Shown here piece by piece: positions 29,412 through 39,519 of a stretch of DNA of 64,000 nt. Under the pieces are notes generated by a model, which did no database searches, was not told the origin of the DNA, and saw nothing but the letters and a program-made list of their open reading frames with translations. The number at the start of each line of letters is the position of its first letter. The stretch's first letter is position 1. The DNA is taken from positions 123 through 64,122 of the forward strand of contig JAHECG010000005.1 of assembly GCA_024641855.1 (NCBI GenBank). The letters run 5' to 3'. A program made the position numbers and the translations under genes. The DNA comes from Betaproteobacteria bacterium (GTDB lineage Bacteria; Pseudomonadota; Gammaproteobacteria; Burkholderiales; Thiobacteraceae).

Positions 29412-30128
29412 TTAGCGTTTATCTTGAATCCATTCCAAAAGCTTGGCGCGAAGACGCGCGACGGCTTGGCTATGGAGTTGACACACGCGTGACTCGGAGA
29501 CGCCCAGCACTTCACCGATTTCACGCAGATTGAGTTCCTGTTCGTAGTACATGCCCATCATTTGTTTCTCTCGCTCGGGCAGAGCGCCGATGGCTTCTGC
29601 CAGGAGTTTGCGAAATCCTGCGTCTTCCAGCATCTGCAACGGATCGCTGCTTTCATTGGCCACATGGCGCTCGAAAAAATCGGCATCTTCAGAGTCTTGC
29701 AGATCTTCGTAATACAACAGTTGATGGCCGCGTGCATCAAGCAACATGTGCTGGTATGCGCTGATATCAATATCCATCGCTTTCGCGATTTCTTCCTCAT
29801 TCGGCGCGCGTTTATGTTGCTGCTCTAAATTATTGATGGTGGCTTCAATGGTACGCAGGCTTTTGCGTACGGTACGTGGTAACCAATCGGCTTGCCGAAG
29901 TTCATCCAGCATTGCACCACGGATACGCTGTGCTGCATAAGTTTCGAATTGCGCACCTTGGGTATCGTCATAGTTTCTGGCGGCGTCCATTAAACCAATT
30001 AAGCCGGCTTGAATGAGATCATCAACCTGTACGCTAGCTGGGAGCTTAGCCATGAGGTGGTAGGCAATGCGCTTCACCAGAGGGGCGAATTTTTTTACGT
30101 AATCATCGATGGTTAATGGGGTATTCAA
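29412..30128 (-). CDS. fliA: RNA polymerase sigma factor FliA (sigma28)
   Basis: 238 aa with sigma70 regions 2-4 (DDLIQAGLIGLMDAARNYD, LNLREIGEVLGVSESRVCQLHSQA). Confidence 0.93.
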   Translation of the reverse strand: MNTPLTIDDYVKKFAPLVKRIAYHLMAKLPASVQVDDLIQAGLIGLMDAARNYDDTQGAQFETYAAQRIRGAMLDELRQADWLPRTVRKSLRTIEATINNLEQQHKRAPNEEEIAKAMDIDISAYQHMLLDARGHQLLYYEDLQDSEDADFFERHVANESSDPLQMLEDAGFRKLLAEAIGALPEREKQMMGMYYEQELNLREIGEVLGVSESRVCQLHSQAVARLRAKLLEWIQDKR

Positions 30129-30157
30129 ACGGTACCTAAGCCTTGTTGGGTCAATCG

Positions 30158-31042
30158 CTAAACACGGACGGTCAATTCCACCGTTCTACACGACATGATA
30201 AGCCGTTGTAGGAATTCATCCAAGTATCCGCTATTTTCGCGCATCATGGGCCAAGCCGCAATGACCTGACCTAACGCGCGGTAGGCGTGGCTGGCGGCGG
30301 CATCCGGAAAGGCTTCAACTACCGGCTTATTGAGCTTGTTGGCGCGTTTAACCAATTCGTCCCAAGGTACCGAAATCAGGCTTTCCAACTGTGTATTGAG
30401 GTAGCGTGCTGCAACATCTAGCATATTGTTGCCCAGTGTCGCAGCGCGGTGATCGTCTTTAGTTTTTGCCGCAATGAGATAAAAGCGGTTCCGATCGAGC
30501 GCTTGCGCCAATTGCTTGATCAGGGCATAAGACTGGGTAATGGCTTGGCGCTCGGGGCCAACCATGATCAGCACTTCATCCGCCGCTGCGGCAGCGGCGA
30601 GGGTGATTTGTCTGCGATCAGCAGCCAAATCAATTAGGAGTACATCCGGTTGCTGGGGTAGGGCGGCCAGTGATTGGCGCAGGCGTTCTTGCGCCGCGCT
30701 GCCGAGTTGCCCGATGCGACGCAACCCCTCGCGTGCGGGCAAGACGTGGAGGGCGGCGCTATAGTGCAACAAAGCTTGTGCTAAGGTGAATTGCTCTTTC
30801 AGGACTTGTGCGAGTTCACAGCGCGGTATCAGTCCTAAGCGCGCTGCACAACTGTCGTTGCCGATGCCTTCGTCGAGAATGAGTACGGATTTTCCTTGGG
30901 TTACCAGCGCCTGTGCCAGATTGATCACGACATTGGTTTGGCCGACGTGTGGTTTACCGCTGGCGACCGCGATGACGCGCATATGATCGCGACCCAAGAG
31001 TCGGCGCAAACCTTCCGCTTGATCGAAGCCGAAGCCGCTCAT
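30158..31042 (-). CDS. fleN: FleN/FlhG (MinD-type flagellar number regulator) orthologue with degenerate nucleotide-binding motifs
   Basis: It lies between flhF and fliA. It has an N-terminal DQAEGLR motif, conserved ITQSYALIKQL, VPWDELV and a C-terminal amphipathic YLDEFLQRLI. The P-loop reads SGKPHVGQT. I prefer the start at Met21 of the track ORF (31042). Confidence 0.8.
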   Translation of the reverse strand: MSGFGFDQAEGLRRLLGRDHMRVIAVASGKPHVGQTNVVINLAQALVTQGKSVLILDEGIGNDSCAARLGLIPRCELAQVLKEQFTLAQALLHYSAALHVLPAREGLRRIGQLGSAAQERLRQSLAALPQQPDVLLIDLAADRRQITLAAAAAADEVLIMVGPERQAITQSYALIKQLAQALDRNRFYLIAAKTKDDHRAATLGNNMLDVAARYLNTQLESLISVPWDELVKRANKLNKPVVEAFPDAAASHAYRALGQVIAAWPMMRENSGYLDEFLQRLIMSCRTVELTVRV

Positions 31043-31046
31043 GGGT

Positions 31047-32372
31047 TTAGGACGCGGCTTGTGCTGCGTCGAGGAAAGCGTGCGCTTCGTCTTCACGCGC
31101 ACTGATCATGATGGGATATTCGTTGTCCTGGGGTTTGTGGGGTGCTTGCGGGGTACTCTTCATCGCGCGATCAACCAAGTAATGTGCCTGTGCCAAGTGC
31201 AGATCTTCCGGTACGCGCTGGCCATTGGTGACGTAGTGGATGCTGAGTTTGTGGCGAATCGCGACATCTAGCACTGGCGCCAGGCTTAAGGCTTCGTCGA
31301 TCTTGGTTAAAATCGTTCCGGAAAACCCGGTACCTTGATAAGCGCGCACCACGTCATCCAACGTTCCAGCTTGTGCCGTGGCGGAGAGCAGCAATAACCG
31401 TTGTATGCGTGGATTACCCGAGAGCAATGCGAGTTGTTCGCGGATGCGATGGTCACGTTGGCTCATGCCAGCGCTATCAATTAGCACCAAATGTCGATTA
31501 TTTAGATCGTTCAATGTCCGGTTTAATTCGGCTTCATTTTTGACGGCGTAAACGGGAACATTCAAAATTTTTCCGTAGATTTTGAGCTGCTCATGCGCAC
31601 CGATACGATAGGTATCGGTTGTGATCAGCGCGAGACTGGGTGCACCATGTTTTAACACGCAGCGGGCGGCAAGCTTAGCGATGGTCGTGGTTTTTCCCAC
31701 GCCAGTTGGTCCAACTAAGGCATAGACGCCACCCTGCATAATCGGTTCGTCGCGACTGCCAGCGCAGTGTAAATTATGAGCCAGTGCATTCTTCATCCAG
31801 CGGAGTGCTTGATCTTGGTTTAAGGCTTTCGGCAATGCACCGGAAAGTTCACGCGCTAAACGCGGCGAAAATCCGACGCCTAACAAGGTACGCAGAACAT
31901 CGAATTTCTGCGGGTCAGCATTTTTCATTTCACCCCAAGCTAGATTGACGAGCTGACTTTCAATCAGACTACGGATGTTTTGCACTTCCTGGGTGAGGTT
32001 TTCCACTAATAGCGTGGATTCCGCTTGCGGTTTTGCGGGCGAAACATCTTTTGTCGTGTCCGCTCCCTTTGGGATAGTGTTATTTGCCGTTTCAGGCGTG
32101 TAGTGGGGCTCTTGCGATGGCGCATCCAACACGTGCAAGCCCGGAATGTCATGGCGCATGGGGAGCGTGGGAGCGTGCGCAGGTTTTGATCGTGGGGGGA
32201 CGGACGTGGGACTGGCGGTGAGCGCGGCCATATCATTTTCGGCTACAGCCATAATCTCAACTTGGCCATCTTGAACCCGATTGGAAAGAATTAAAGCGTC
32301 TGGTCCGAGGACGTCGCGCACTTGGACCAGGGCTTCGCGGGTGGTGGTGGCGGTAAATTTCTTAACGATCAT
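31047..32372 (-). CDS. flhF: Flagellar biosynthesis SRP-type GTPase FlhF
   Basis: 441 aa. G1 is GPTGVGKTTTIAKLAA, G3 is DSAG, and G4 is TKIDE. Confidence 0.93.
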   Translation of the reverse strand: MIVKKFTATTTREALVQVRDVLGPDALILSNRVQDGQVEIMAVAENDMAALTASPTSVPPRSKPAHAPTLPMRHDIPGLHVLDAPSQEPHYTPETANNTIPKGADTTKDVSPAKPQAESTLLVENLTQEVQNIRSLIESQLVNLAWGEMKNADPQKFDVLRTLLGVGFSPRLARELSGALPKALNQDQALRWMKNALAHNLHCAGSRDEPIMQGGVYALVGPTGVGKTTTIAKLAARCVLKHGAPSLALITTDTYRIGAHEQLKIYGKILNVPVYAVKNEAELNRTLNDLNNRHLVLIDSAGMSQRDHRIREQLALLSGNPRIQRLLLLSATAQAGTLDDVVRAYQGTGFSGTILTKIDEALSLAPVLDVAIRHKLSIHYVTNGQRVPEDLHLAQAHYLVDRAMKSTPQAPHKPQDNEYPIMISAREDEAHAFLDAAQAAS

Positions 32373-34450
32373 GCGTTACCTCCCAGAACAGCGGTGACTT
32401 TAATGGTTTTTGTATTGGGAATTTCGGCGTGCGAAATAACTTTTAATTGCGGGGCTACGCGACGTAAGAAGCGTGACAACAGCACGCGTAACGATGCTGG
32501 CACGAGAAGAACGGGCGGTAGACCGCGACTTTCTTGATCCTGCACCACGCGTCCGGTTTGCATCAGCAGGCGTTCCGCGAGCGAGGGTTCCAAGCCAGCC
32601 GCTTGTGCATCTGTGCCCACGGCTTGCGTGAGCATGTGTTCAAGCGCTGGCTCAAGCGCAATGACCTGTAGTTCGGATGCATTTTGGTAAATATCTTGAA
32701 TAATCGCTCGACCCAGTCCGACGCGTACGGCGCTGGTGAGCTCGTCGGTGTTTTTGGTGGTCACGGCCTGATCGGTGAGGACGCCGATAATGGTGCGCAT
32801 GTCGCGAATCTGAATACCTTCGTCGAGTAAATTTTGCAATACGCGCTGTATGCCGCTGAGCGAGAGTAATTCAGGTAGTAGCTCTTCAGTAAGTTTGGGT
32901 ATTTCTTTGGCGACATGGTCTATGAGTTGTTGTGTTTCCTCGCGGCCTAATAAATCGGCGGCATGGGTTTGCAATATTTGCGATAAATGGGTTGCAATTA
33001 CAGTGCTAGCATCGACCACGGTGTAGCCATAAGTTTGTGCTTGCTCGCGCAGGCTGGAGTCGATCCAGACTGCCGGTAATCCGAAGGTGGGATCCTTGGT
33101 CGGGGCACCCGGGAGTTGGCCTAAAACGCGGCCAGGATTGATGGCCAAGAATTGGCCGGTTTGTGCTTCACCACGACCAATTTCTACGCCTTTGACGATA
33201 ATGCGATAGGCGTTTGGGCGTAGATCCAAGTTGTCGCGAATATGCACCGGGGCAACTAAAAACCCCATGTCTTGGGCGAATTTTTTGCGTATACCGCGGA
33301 TGCGCCGTAATAGTTCGCCATCCTGGGTTCGATCTACCAGGGGAATCAGGCGGTAGCCTACCTCTAAACCTAAGGTATCGATTTGCCCCACATCGTCCCA
33401 ACTTACATCGACTGGCTCCGCCGAAGGCGGCGGTGCGACTGGCTCAGGCACCGTTTCTTCAACACGTCGTTTTTTGGATATGTTGTTGCCGATTAAAATC
33501 AAACCGCCTGCCAAAGCCAAGAAGGAGAAGTGCGGCATACCGGGAATCAGTCCCATCACGCCCAGAATCGATGCGGTGATGTACATGACTTCTGGTTTCA
33601 AGAACAACTGTTCAATAATTTGCTCGCCGATATCGCGCTCGGCCGACACACGCGAAACCACAATACCGGCAGCCGTGGAAATAATCAGGGACGGAATCTG
33701 TGCGACTAACCCATCGCCAATGGTTAACAATGTGTAGTTATTGAGTGCTTGTGAAATCGATAAATCGTGCTGCAATACACCCACGGCCAAGCCGCCGATG
33801 ATATTGATGAGCATAATGAGAATGCCGGCGACGGCATCGCCGCGCACAAATTTACTGGCACCGTCCATCGCGCCATAAAACTCGGCCTCCATCGCGACTT
33901 CGGTCCGGCGACGACGGGCCTCGTCTTCGCCGATTAGCCCGGTATTCAGATCGGCGTCGATTGCCATTTGCTTGCCCGGCATCGCGTCCAAGGTGAAGCG
34001 CGCGGCAACTTCAGCGATGCGTCCCGAGCCCTTGGTGATGACGACAAAGTTGATGAGCACTAAAATACCAAAGACTACGATACCGACCGCATAGTTGCCG
34101 CCGACGAGGAAGCTACCGAAGGCTTCGATCACTTTTCCGGCAGCGTCGGCACCGGTGTGACCCTCCAAAAGCACGACCCGAGTCGAGGCGACGTTGAGCG
34201 ACAGGCGCAACAACGTGGTGAGCAATAAGATCGTAGGAAATACTGCAAAATCGAGAGGTTTTCTCAAATACAAGCTGACCAGGAGCACAATCATCGCGAC
34301 GGCGATATTGAAGGTGAACAAAAGGTCGAGCAGGAACGGTGGTAATGGCAGAACCATCATGGCTAGAATCATGACGACCAGAATCGGTCCGGCCAGACGC
34401 TTCATATCCAAATTGGAAAAAAAGCCAGCTGATTCGACGCGTGCGTTCAT
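32369..34450 (-). CDS. flhA: Flagellar type III export apparatus protein FlhA
   Basis: 693 aa. FHIPEP motifs are present (VFPTILLLTTLLRLSLNVASTR, FVRGDAVAGI). Its stop overlaps the flhF start (ATGA). Confidence 0.97.
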   Translation of the reverse strand: MNARVESAGFFSNLDMKRLAGPILVVMILAMMVLPLPPFLLDLLFTFNIAVAMIVLLVSLYLRKPLDFAVFPTILLLTTLLRLSLNVASTRVVLLEGHTGADAAGKVIEAFGSFLVGGNYAVGIVVFGILVLINFVVITKGSGRIAEVAARFTLDAMPGKQMAIDADLNTGLIGEDEARRRRTEVAMEAEFYGAMDGASKFVRGDAVAGILIMLINIIGGLAVGVLQHDLSISQALNNYTLLTIGDGLVAQIPSLIISTAAGIVVSRVSAERDIGEQIIEQLFLKPEVMYITASILGVMGLIPGMPHFSFLALAGGLILIGNNISKKRRVEETVPEPVAPPPSAEPVDVSWDDVGQIDTLGLEVGYRLIPLVDRTQDGELLRRIRGIRKKFAQDMGFLVAPVHIRDNLDLRPNAYRIIVKGVEIGRGEAQTGQFLAINPGRVLGQLPGAPTKDPTFGLPAVWIDSSLREQAQTYGYTVVDASTVIATHLSQILQTHAADLLGREETQQLIDHVAKEIPKLTEELLPELLSLSGIQRVLQNLLDEGIQIRDMRTIIGVLTDQAVTTKNTDELTSAVRVGLGRAIIQDIYQNASELQVIALEPALEHMLTQAVGTDAQAAGLEPSLAERLLMQTGRVVQDQESRGLPPVLLVPASLRVLLSRFLRRVAPQLKVISHAEIPNTKTIKVTAVLGGNA

Positions 34451-35593
34451 CTAGATGCGCTCCAATTCTGGAACATCCATATCTTCCGGAACCGGTAGGT
34501 TGCGTGGCGGTTTGGGTGGCGTAGCGTTGTAAGATGGCGCGCGTAATTGATAAACATAGGCCAAGACCTCAGCCACGGCGGTATACAGTCGTTGCGGCAC
34601 TTCGTTGCCAATGTCCGCATGCCGATAGAGCGCACGTGCTAAGGGTGGAGCCTGGAGCAATGGGACTTTATGTTCACGCCCGAGCTCCATGATGCGTTCG
34701 GCAACCAAGCCACTGCCTTTGGCCACGATTTGTGGCGCACCCATACTTTTCTCTTCGTATTTCAGCGCAACGGCGTAGTGTGTCGGGTTGGTTACGATGA
34801 CATCCGCTTTAGGGACTGCGGCCATCATGCGTTTTCGCGCGGCTTCGCGTTGTGCGGAGCGAATACGGGCTTTGATTTGCGGATCGCCTTCCGATTCCTT
34901 GGATTCGCGCTTCACTTCTTCCTTGGTCATGCGCAGGTTTTTTGCATAATTCCAAAGTTGAAATGGTACGTCGATCGCGACAATCAGCAACATGGCGCTG
35001 ACGAGATAGAGCGTGGTATTCAGGAGCATGTGACTGAAATGTGAAATCCCGCTATCGAGCGGTTCTGAAACCAAGGAGAACATTTCATCCCGATACCCCC
35101 AAATCACCCAAATGGCGATGCCGCCGAGCAGGGCTACTTTGAGTAAAGATTTCAGGAGTTCCACTAAGCCATTTACGGAAATGATGCGTTTGAGTCCGGC
35201 GATGGGGTTGAATTTTCCGAAGTTGGGCGCGAGGGCTTTCCACGACAGGTTCCAACCCGCAAGGAGTAGGGGGCCCGTGAGCGCTGCCAGAATCATTACC
35301 CCAAAAAGGGGAAGGAACGCGATCATGATTTCGGTGAAATCTTGCATTAAGCGCGTCGTCATCATGCCCGGATCGAACGCAGAAGTGCGGTCGAAGACAA
35401 AGCCGCGACGCATGGTGTCCATGAGTTTTTCTGAGAAGAAGCTTCCTAAGGCCATGAGCACTAGTAACGCCGCCATTAACTCGATAAATGTCGACAATTC
35501 ACGTGACTGGGCGACCTTACCCTCCTCACGCGCACGCTCAATACGCTTATCCGTGGCTGCTTCTGTTTTTTCTAAATCGGAGTCTTCCGCCAT
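34451..35593 (-). CDS. flhB: Flagellar type III export switch protein FlhB
   Basis: 380 aa. N-terminal EKTEAATDKRIERAREEGKVAQSRE and the NPTH autocleavage site (VIVTNPTHYAVAL). Confidence 0.97.
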   Translation of the reverse strand: MAEDSDLEKTEAATDKRIERAREEGKVAQSRELSTFIELMAALLVLMALGSFFSEKLMDTMRRGFVFDRTSAFDPGMMTTRLMQDFTEIMIAFLPLFGVMILAALTGPLLLAGWNLSWKALAPNFGKFNPIAGLKRIISVNGLVELLKSLLKVALLGGIAIWVIWGYRDEMFSLVSEPLDSGISHFSHMLLNTTLYLVSAMLLIVAIDVPFQLWNYAKNLRMTKEEVKRESKESEGDPQIKARIRSAQREAARKRMMAAVPKADVIVTNPTHYAVALKYEEKSMGAPQIVAKGSGLVAERIMELGREHKVPLLQAPPLARALYRHADIGNEVPQRLYTAVAEVLAYVYQLRAPSYNATPPKPPRNLPVPEDMDVPELERI

Positions 35594-35754
35594 CTATACC
35601 CCCACGGGAAAGATAGTCTGAACCTATTTAGCCTAAAACACAAGATATGGTGGGGAGAATGCGGGAAAAAATCTATAGATAGTGGCTAGAGCGTGGGGGT
35701 CGAAAGCTTAAATTTATGCAAAAAATAGAAAATTTACCCGGAATAAAACGGGAT

Positions 35755-35949
35755 TTAACTGACTTCGTCGATCCAGGTCATTTGGATGGCTTCCAGGATT
35801 TTTTCACCCGAAGCGTTCGGGTCGTCGTCAAAATCTTCTAGCTCGGTGACCCAGCGGTGCAAATCGGTGAAACGCACATATTGCGGGTCGATCTCGGGGT
35901 GTGCTTCGGCCAGTTCGATGGCGATGACATGCACATCAGTCCATTTCAT
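35755..35949 (-). CDS. iscX: Fe-S cluster assembly protein IscX
   Basis: 64 aa, MKWTDVHVIAIELAEAHPEIDPQYVRFTDLHRWV. Confidence 0.9.
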   Translation of the reverse strand: MKWTDVHVIAIELAEAHPEIDPQYVRFTDLHRWVTELEDFDDDPNASGEKILEAIQMTWIDEVS

Positions 35950-35951
35950 AT

Positions 35952-36290
35952 TCAGTGTCCCTCTTTAACCATGTTGATGTTGTATTTTGGAATCTCGATG
36001 ACCAAGTCTTGCTGATCAATGATCGCTTGGCAAGATAAGCGCGAATTGGGTTCTAATCCCCAAGCTTTGTCGAGTAGATCCTCTTCTGTTTCATTGGCTT
36101 CGGCAAGCGACTCCAACCCTTCGCGCACAATCACGTGGCATGTGGTGCATGCACAAGACTTTTCACAGGCATGATCGATTTCGATGTCGTTGGCGAGTAA
36201 GGCGTCGCAAATTGTGGTGCCGCTGGTGGTGTCAATGACCGCGCCTTCCGGGCAGAGTTCGACGTGAGGGAGAACGATGAGTTGAGGCAT
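35952..36290 (-). CDS. fdx: ISC-system [2Fe-2S] ferredoxin
   Basis: 112 aa. Cys ligands in CEKSCACTTCHV plus a downstream LSCQ. Confidence 0.93.
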   Translation of the reverse strand: MPQLIVLPHVELCPEGAVIDTTSGTTICDALLANDIEIDHACEKSCACTTCHVIVREGLESLAEANETEEDLLDKAWGLEPNSRLSCQAIIDQQDLVIEIPKYNINMVKEGH

Positions 36291-36327
36291 GGCGTTTAGA
36301 ATAACCTGTTTGTCAGTGCGAGAGAAA

Positions 36328-38193
36328 TTAAGTCGAGAGATCTGCGATTTTTTGTCCGGTCAGCGCTTTTTTGATGGAGGCATCCATGCGTCGGGCAGCA
36401 AAGTCTTCAGTGGCGCGATTCAGGGCTTCGACAGCGGCCTTGATGGCGCGATGGTCGGAGCCGCTTATTGTGTTTTGCAAAGCTAACTGGCTGGCAGTGA
36501 TCGTTTCATGTTCAGCGGGGGTCAGCAGGGCACTATCGGCTGCCAGAGCAGCATTTACAGCTTCCAGAATGCTTTGCCCTTCAACTCGTTGTTCAGCCAA
36601 GGCGCGTGCCTGCATGTCGTCGCCGGCAAAATCGCGCGAGGCGGATAGCATGTTGGTGATCTGATCGTCGGTCAGGCCATAGGAAGGTTTGACCGTAATG
36701 GCGGCTTCTACACCGCTGATTTGTTCGCGTGCCGAGACGGAAAGAAGGCCGTCGGCATCGACTTGGAAGGTCAGCCTGATACGGGCCGCTCCCGCCACCA
36801 TGGGCGGTATGCCGCGCAACTCGAAGCGCGCCAATGAGCGGCAATCGGCCACAAGTTCACGCTCGCCTTGCACGACATGGAAACTCATCGCGGTTTGGCC
36901 ATCTTTATAAGTGGTGAAGTCCTGGCCGCGCGCAGTCGGGATGGTGGCGTTACGCGGAATGACTTTTTCCACCAAGCCGCCCATAGTCTCGATGCCAAGC
37001 GAGAGGGGAATCACATCCAGCAGCAACATCTCTTCGCTGCTCTTATTGCCGGCCAACACATTGGCTTGGATCGCTGCGCCGAGTGCGACGACTTTATCCG
37101 GATCGAGGTTGGTGAGCGGTTCTTGTTGGAAGAACTCGGCAACTGCGCGTTGGATATGCGGCATGCGCGTTGCGCCGCCAACCATTACCACGCCTTTGAT
37201 CTCTTCTGCAGTCAATTCCGCATCGCGTAAGGCCTTGCGCGTTGGCGCCAAGGTTTTTTGCACCAGGCTTTGGGTGATTTCAGTCAGGATTTGACTGGTG
37301 ATTTGCAAGTCCACCATCTCGCCCGTAGAGAGCATTGCGGTAAAACGCGTTTCGGGATGGTTGGTCAACTCTTCTTTGACCTCGCGCGCCTTAGCCATCA
37401 GCATGCGTGTGTCGCTGGCGCTCAGTGGCGTTAAAGCGGCCTGCTCTAACACCCAGCAAAAGACGCGACGGTCGAAATCGTCGCCGCCGAGGGCAGAGTC
37501 GCCATTGGTGGCGAGCACTTCAAATACGCCTTTTTGCAGCCGAAGAATGGAGATGTCGAAGGTTCCGCCACCCAAGTCATACACGGCATAGATACCCTCA
37601 GCGGCATTGTCCAAGCCATACGCCACTGCGGCGGCAGTGGGTTCGTTGAGCAGGCGCAAAACATTCAGGCCAGCCAAGCGTGCCGCATCTTTAGTGGCTT
37701 GACGTTGCGCATCATCGAAATAGGCGGGCACGGTAATCACTACGCCGACCAATTCGCCGCCGAGCGCTTTTTCAGCGCGGCTACGCAATGTCTTCAGAAT
37801 CTCAGCAGATATTTCAACTGGTGTTTTAACACCAGCGCAAGTTTTGATTTGCACCATGCCCGGGGCGTCAATAAATTTGTAGGGCATTTCATTCGCATGC
37901 GGAATGTCTTTCAAACCGCGCCCCATGAAACGCTTCACCGAGACGATGGTGTTATGCGGATCGGCGCATTGATGCGCTTGCGCTGGATAGCCCACTTCCG
38001 TATTTCCATCGGCGTCATAGCGCACAATCGAGGGTAACAGCGAGTGACCGGTGCCGTCGTTGAGGACAATGCTCATGCCGCTGCGCACCGTGGCCACCAG
38101 TGAATTAGTCGTGCCCAAGTCGATTCCTACCGCGAGGCGGTGTTGGTGTGGGGCAGCGCTCATACCCGGTTCGGCAATTTGTAGCAGAGCCAT
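36328..38193 (-). CDS. hscA: Fe-S protein assembly chaperone HscA (Hsp70 family)
   Basis: 621 aa ([25 protein letters not shown]). Confidence 0.96.
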   Translation of the reverse strand: MALLQIAEPGMSAAPHQHRLAVGIDLGTTNSLVATVRSGMSIVLNDGTGHSLLPSIVRYDADGNTEVGYPAQAHQCADPHNTIVSVKRFMGRGLKDIPHANEMPYKFIDAPGMVQIKTCAGVKTPVEISAEILKTLRSRAEKALGGELVGVVITVPAYFDDAQRQATKDAARLAGLNVLRLLNEPTAAAVAYGLDNAAEGIYAVYDLGGGTFDISILRLQKGVFEVLATNGDSALGGDDFDRRVFCWVLEQAALTPLSASDTRMLMAKAREVKEELTNHPETRFTAMLSTGEMVDLQITSQILTEITQSLVQKTLAPTRKALRDAELTAEEIKGVVMVGGATRMPHIQRAVAEFFQQEPLTNLDPDKVVALGAAIQANVLAGNKSSEEMLLLDVIPLSLGIETMGGLVEKVIPRNATIPTARGQDFTTYKDGQTAMSFHVVQGERELVADCRSLARFELRGIPPMVAGAARIRLTFQVDADGLLSVSAREQISGVEAAITVKPSYGLTDDQITNMLSASRDFAGDDMQARALAEQRVEGQSILEAVNAALAADSALLTPAEHETITASQLALQNTISGSDHRAIKAAVEALNRATEDFAARRMDASIKKALTGQKIADLST

Positions 38194-38723
38194 TAAGTCT
38201 CCAGGGCTTCTAATGCGTCGTTAATTTCTTCGCGCAGTTTATCTAAGAAGCGCAGCTTGCGCACAGCGCCTGCCGCACCGACGTAATCTTGTTGTTGATC
38301 GAGTTGCTGCGCCAGTTCTGCGTGCAACGCATGGGTAGCATGGCGCAATTTTCCAGCGAGTTGGTCTAACGCAGCTGGATCGGCGGCATCGGTTGCTTCG
38401 CCAATGCCTTCACGCCATTCCATTTGTTCCATCAGGAAATCAGCGGGCATGGCGGTGTTGGTTTCTTCTTGCGTGTCGATGTCATGCAGACTGAGTAAAT
38501 AGCGCGCACGGTTGATCGGTTGTTTCAGGGTTTGATAGGCTTCGTTCACATGCGTTGAACACTGCATGGAAAGCCGTCGCTCGGCATCGCTGGCATTACT
38601 GAATTTGTCCGGATGTACTTGCGCTTGTAGTGCACGATAGCCGGGCTCAAGATGAGCCAAATCGATCTGGAACCGGGGTTCCAAACCGAATAAAGCAAAA
38701 TAATTTTGGGAAAAATCGATCAC
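38193..38723 (-). CDS. hscB: Fe-S protein assembly co-chaperone HscB
   Basis: 176 aa. J-domain with HPDKF. Its stop overlaps the hscA start by 1 nt. Confidence 0.92.
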   Translation of the reverse strand: MIDFSQNYFALFGLEPRFQIDLAHLEPGYRALQAQVHPDKFSNASDAERRLSMQCSTHVNEAYQTLKQPINRARYLLSLHDIDTQEETNTAMPADFLMEQMEWREGIGEATDAADPAALDQLAGKLRHATHALHAELAQQLDQQQDYVGAAGAVRKLRFLDKLREEINDALEALET

Positions 38724-38750
38724 AAGCGTGGGTGGGCCAATGAGCCCGGA

Positions 38751-39074
38751 TTAGACGTTAAAACTTTCCCCGCAGCCGCAGGCATCCTTGACATTGGGGT
38801 TGTTGAATTTAAAGCCTTCGTTGAGGCCTTCGCGCGCATAGTCGAGCTCCGTGCCATCGATATAGACTAAGCTTTTTGGATCGACAAACACTTTCACGCC
38901 GTGGCTTTCAAAGGTGGCATCACCTGCGGTGGCCTCATCGGCGAATTCCAATACATAAGCGAGCCCGGAGCAACCTGTGGTACGCACTGCTAAACGCAGG
39001 CCCACGCCTTTACCGCGCTTAGCGAGGTAGTTCTGCACATGCTTAGCGGCTTGTTCGGTCAGCGTAATAGCCAT
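38751..39074 (-). CDS. iscA: Iron-sulfur cluster assembly protein IscA
   Basis: 107 aa with the C-terminal CGCGESF motif. Confidence 0.93.
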   Translation of the reverse strand: MAITLTEQAAKHVQNYLAKRGKGVGLRLAVRTTGCSGLAYVLEFADEATAGDATFESHGVKVFVDPKSLVYIDGTELDYAREGLNEGFKFNNPNVKDACGCGESFNV

Positions 39075-39089
39075 GTCTAACCTTTCGCC

Positions 39090-39497
39090 TTATTTCGCTG
39101 CAGCGGCAGCGGTATCGCCTTGATGTTTTTGTTTGTAATCTTCCACAGCGGCTTTGATTGCATCTTCCGCCAAAATTGAGCAGTGGATTTTAACCGGTGG
39201 CAGCGCCAATTCTTCGGCGATTTGCGTATTTTTGATCGACAAAGCTTGATCTAGCGTTTTGCCTTTGACCCACTCGGTGACGAGCGAGCTGGAAGCAATG
39301 GCTGAGCCGCAACCGTAGGTTTTGAATTTTGCATCTTCGATCAGGCCGTCTTTACCGACTTTTATTTGTAGTTTCATCACATCGCCGCAGGCGGGCGCGC
39401 CCACCATGCCGGTGCCGACATCGCCGTCTTCTTTGCCAAAAGAGCCAACGTTGCGGGGGTTTTCGTAGTGGTCTAAAACTTTATCGCTGTATGCCAT
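39090..39497 (-). CDS. iscU: Fe-S cluster scaffold IscU
   Basis: 135 aa (GAPACGDVMKLQ, TYGCGSAIASSS, LPPVKIHCS). Confidence 0.96.
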   Translation of the reverse strand: MAYSDKVLDHYENPRNVGSFGKEDGDVGTGMVGAPACGDVMKLQIKVGKDGLIEDAKFKTYGCGSAIASSSLVTEWVKGKTLDQALSIKNTQIAEELALPPVKIHCSILAEDAIKAAVEDYKQKHQGDTAAAAAK

Positions 39498-39519
39498 GAT
39501 CTTCTCCTGCTAAATAAGG

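Noticed and set aside
35594-35754. I searched the flhB upstream region for sigma54, sigma28 or sigma70 promoter elements, and for an isc-operon terminator.
   Set aside because: There is only a 4-bp stem (cccg/cggg) followed by T-rich sequence, and no promoter match with correct spacing. Nothing here is supportable.
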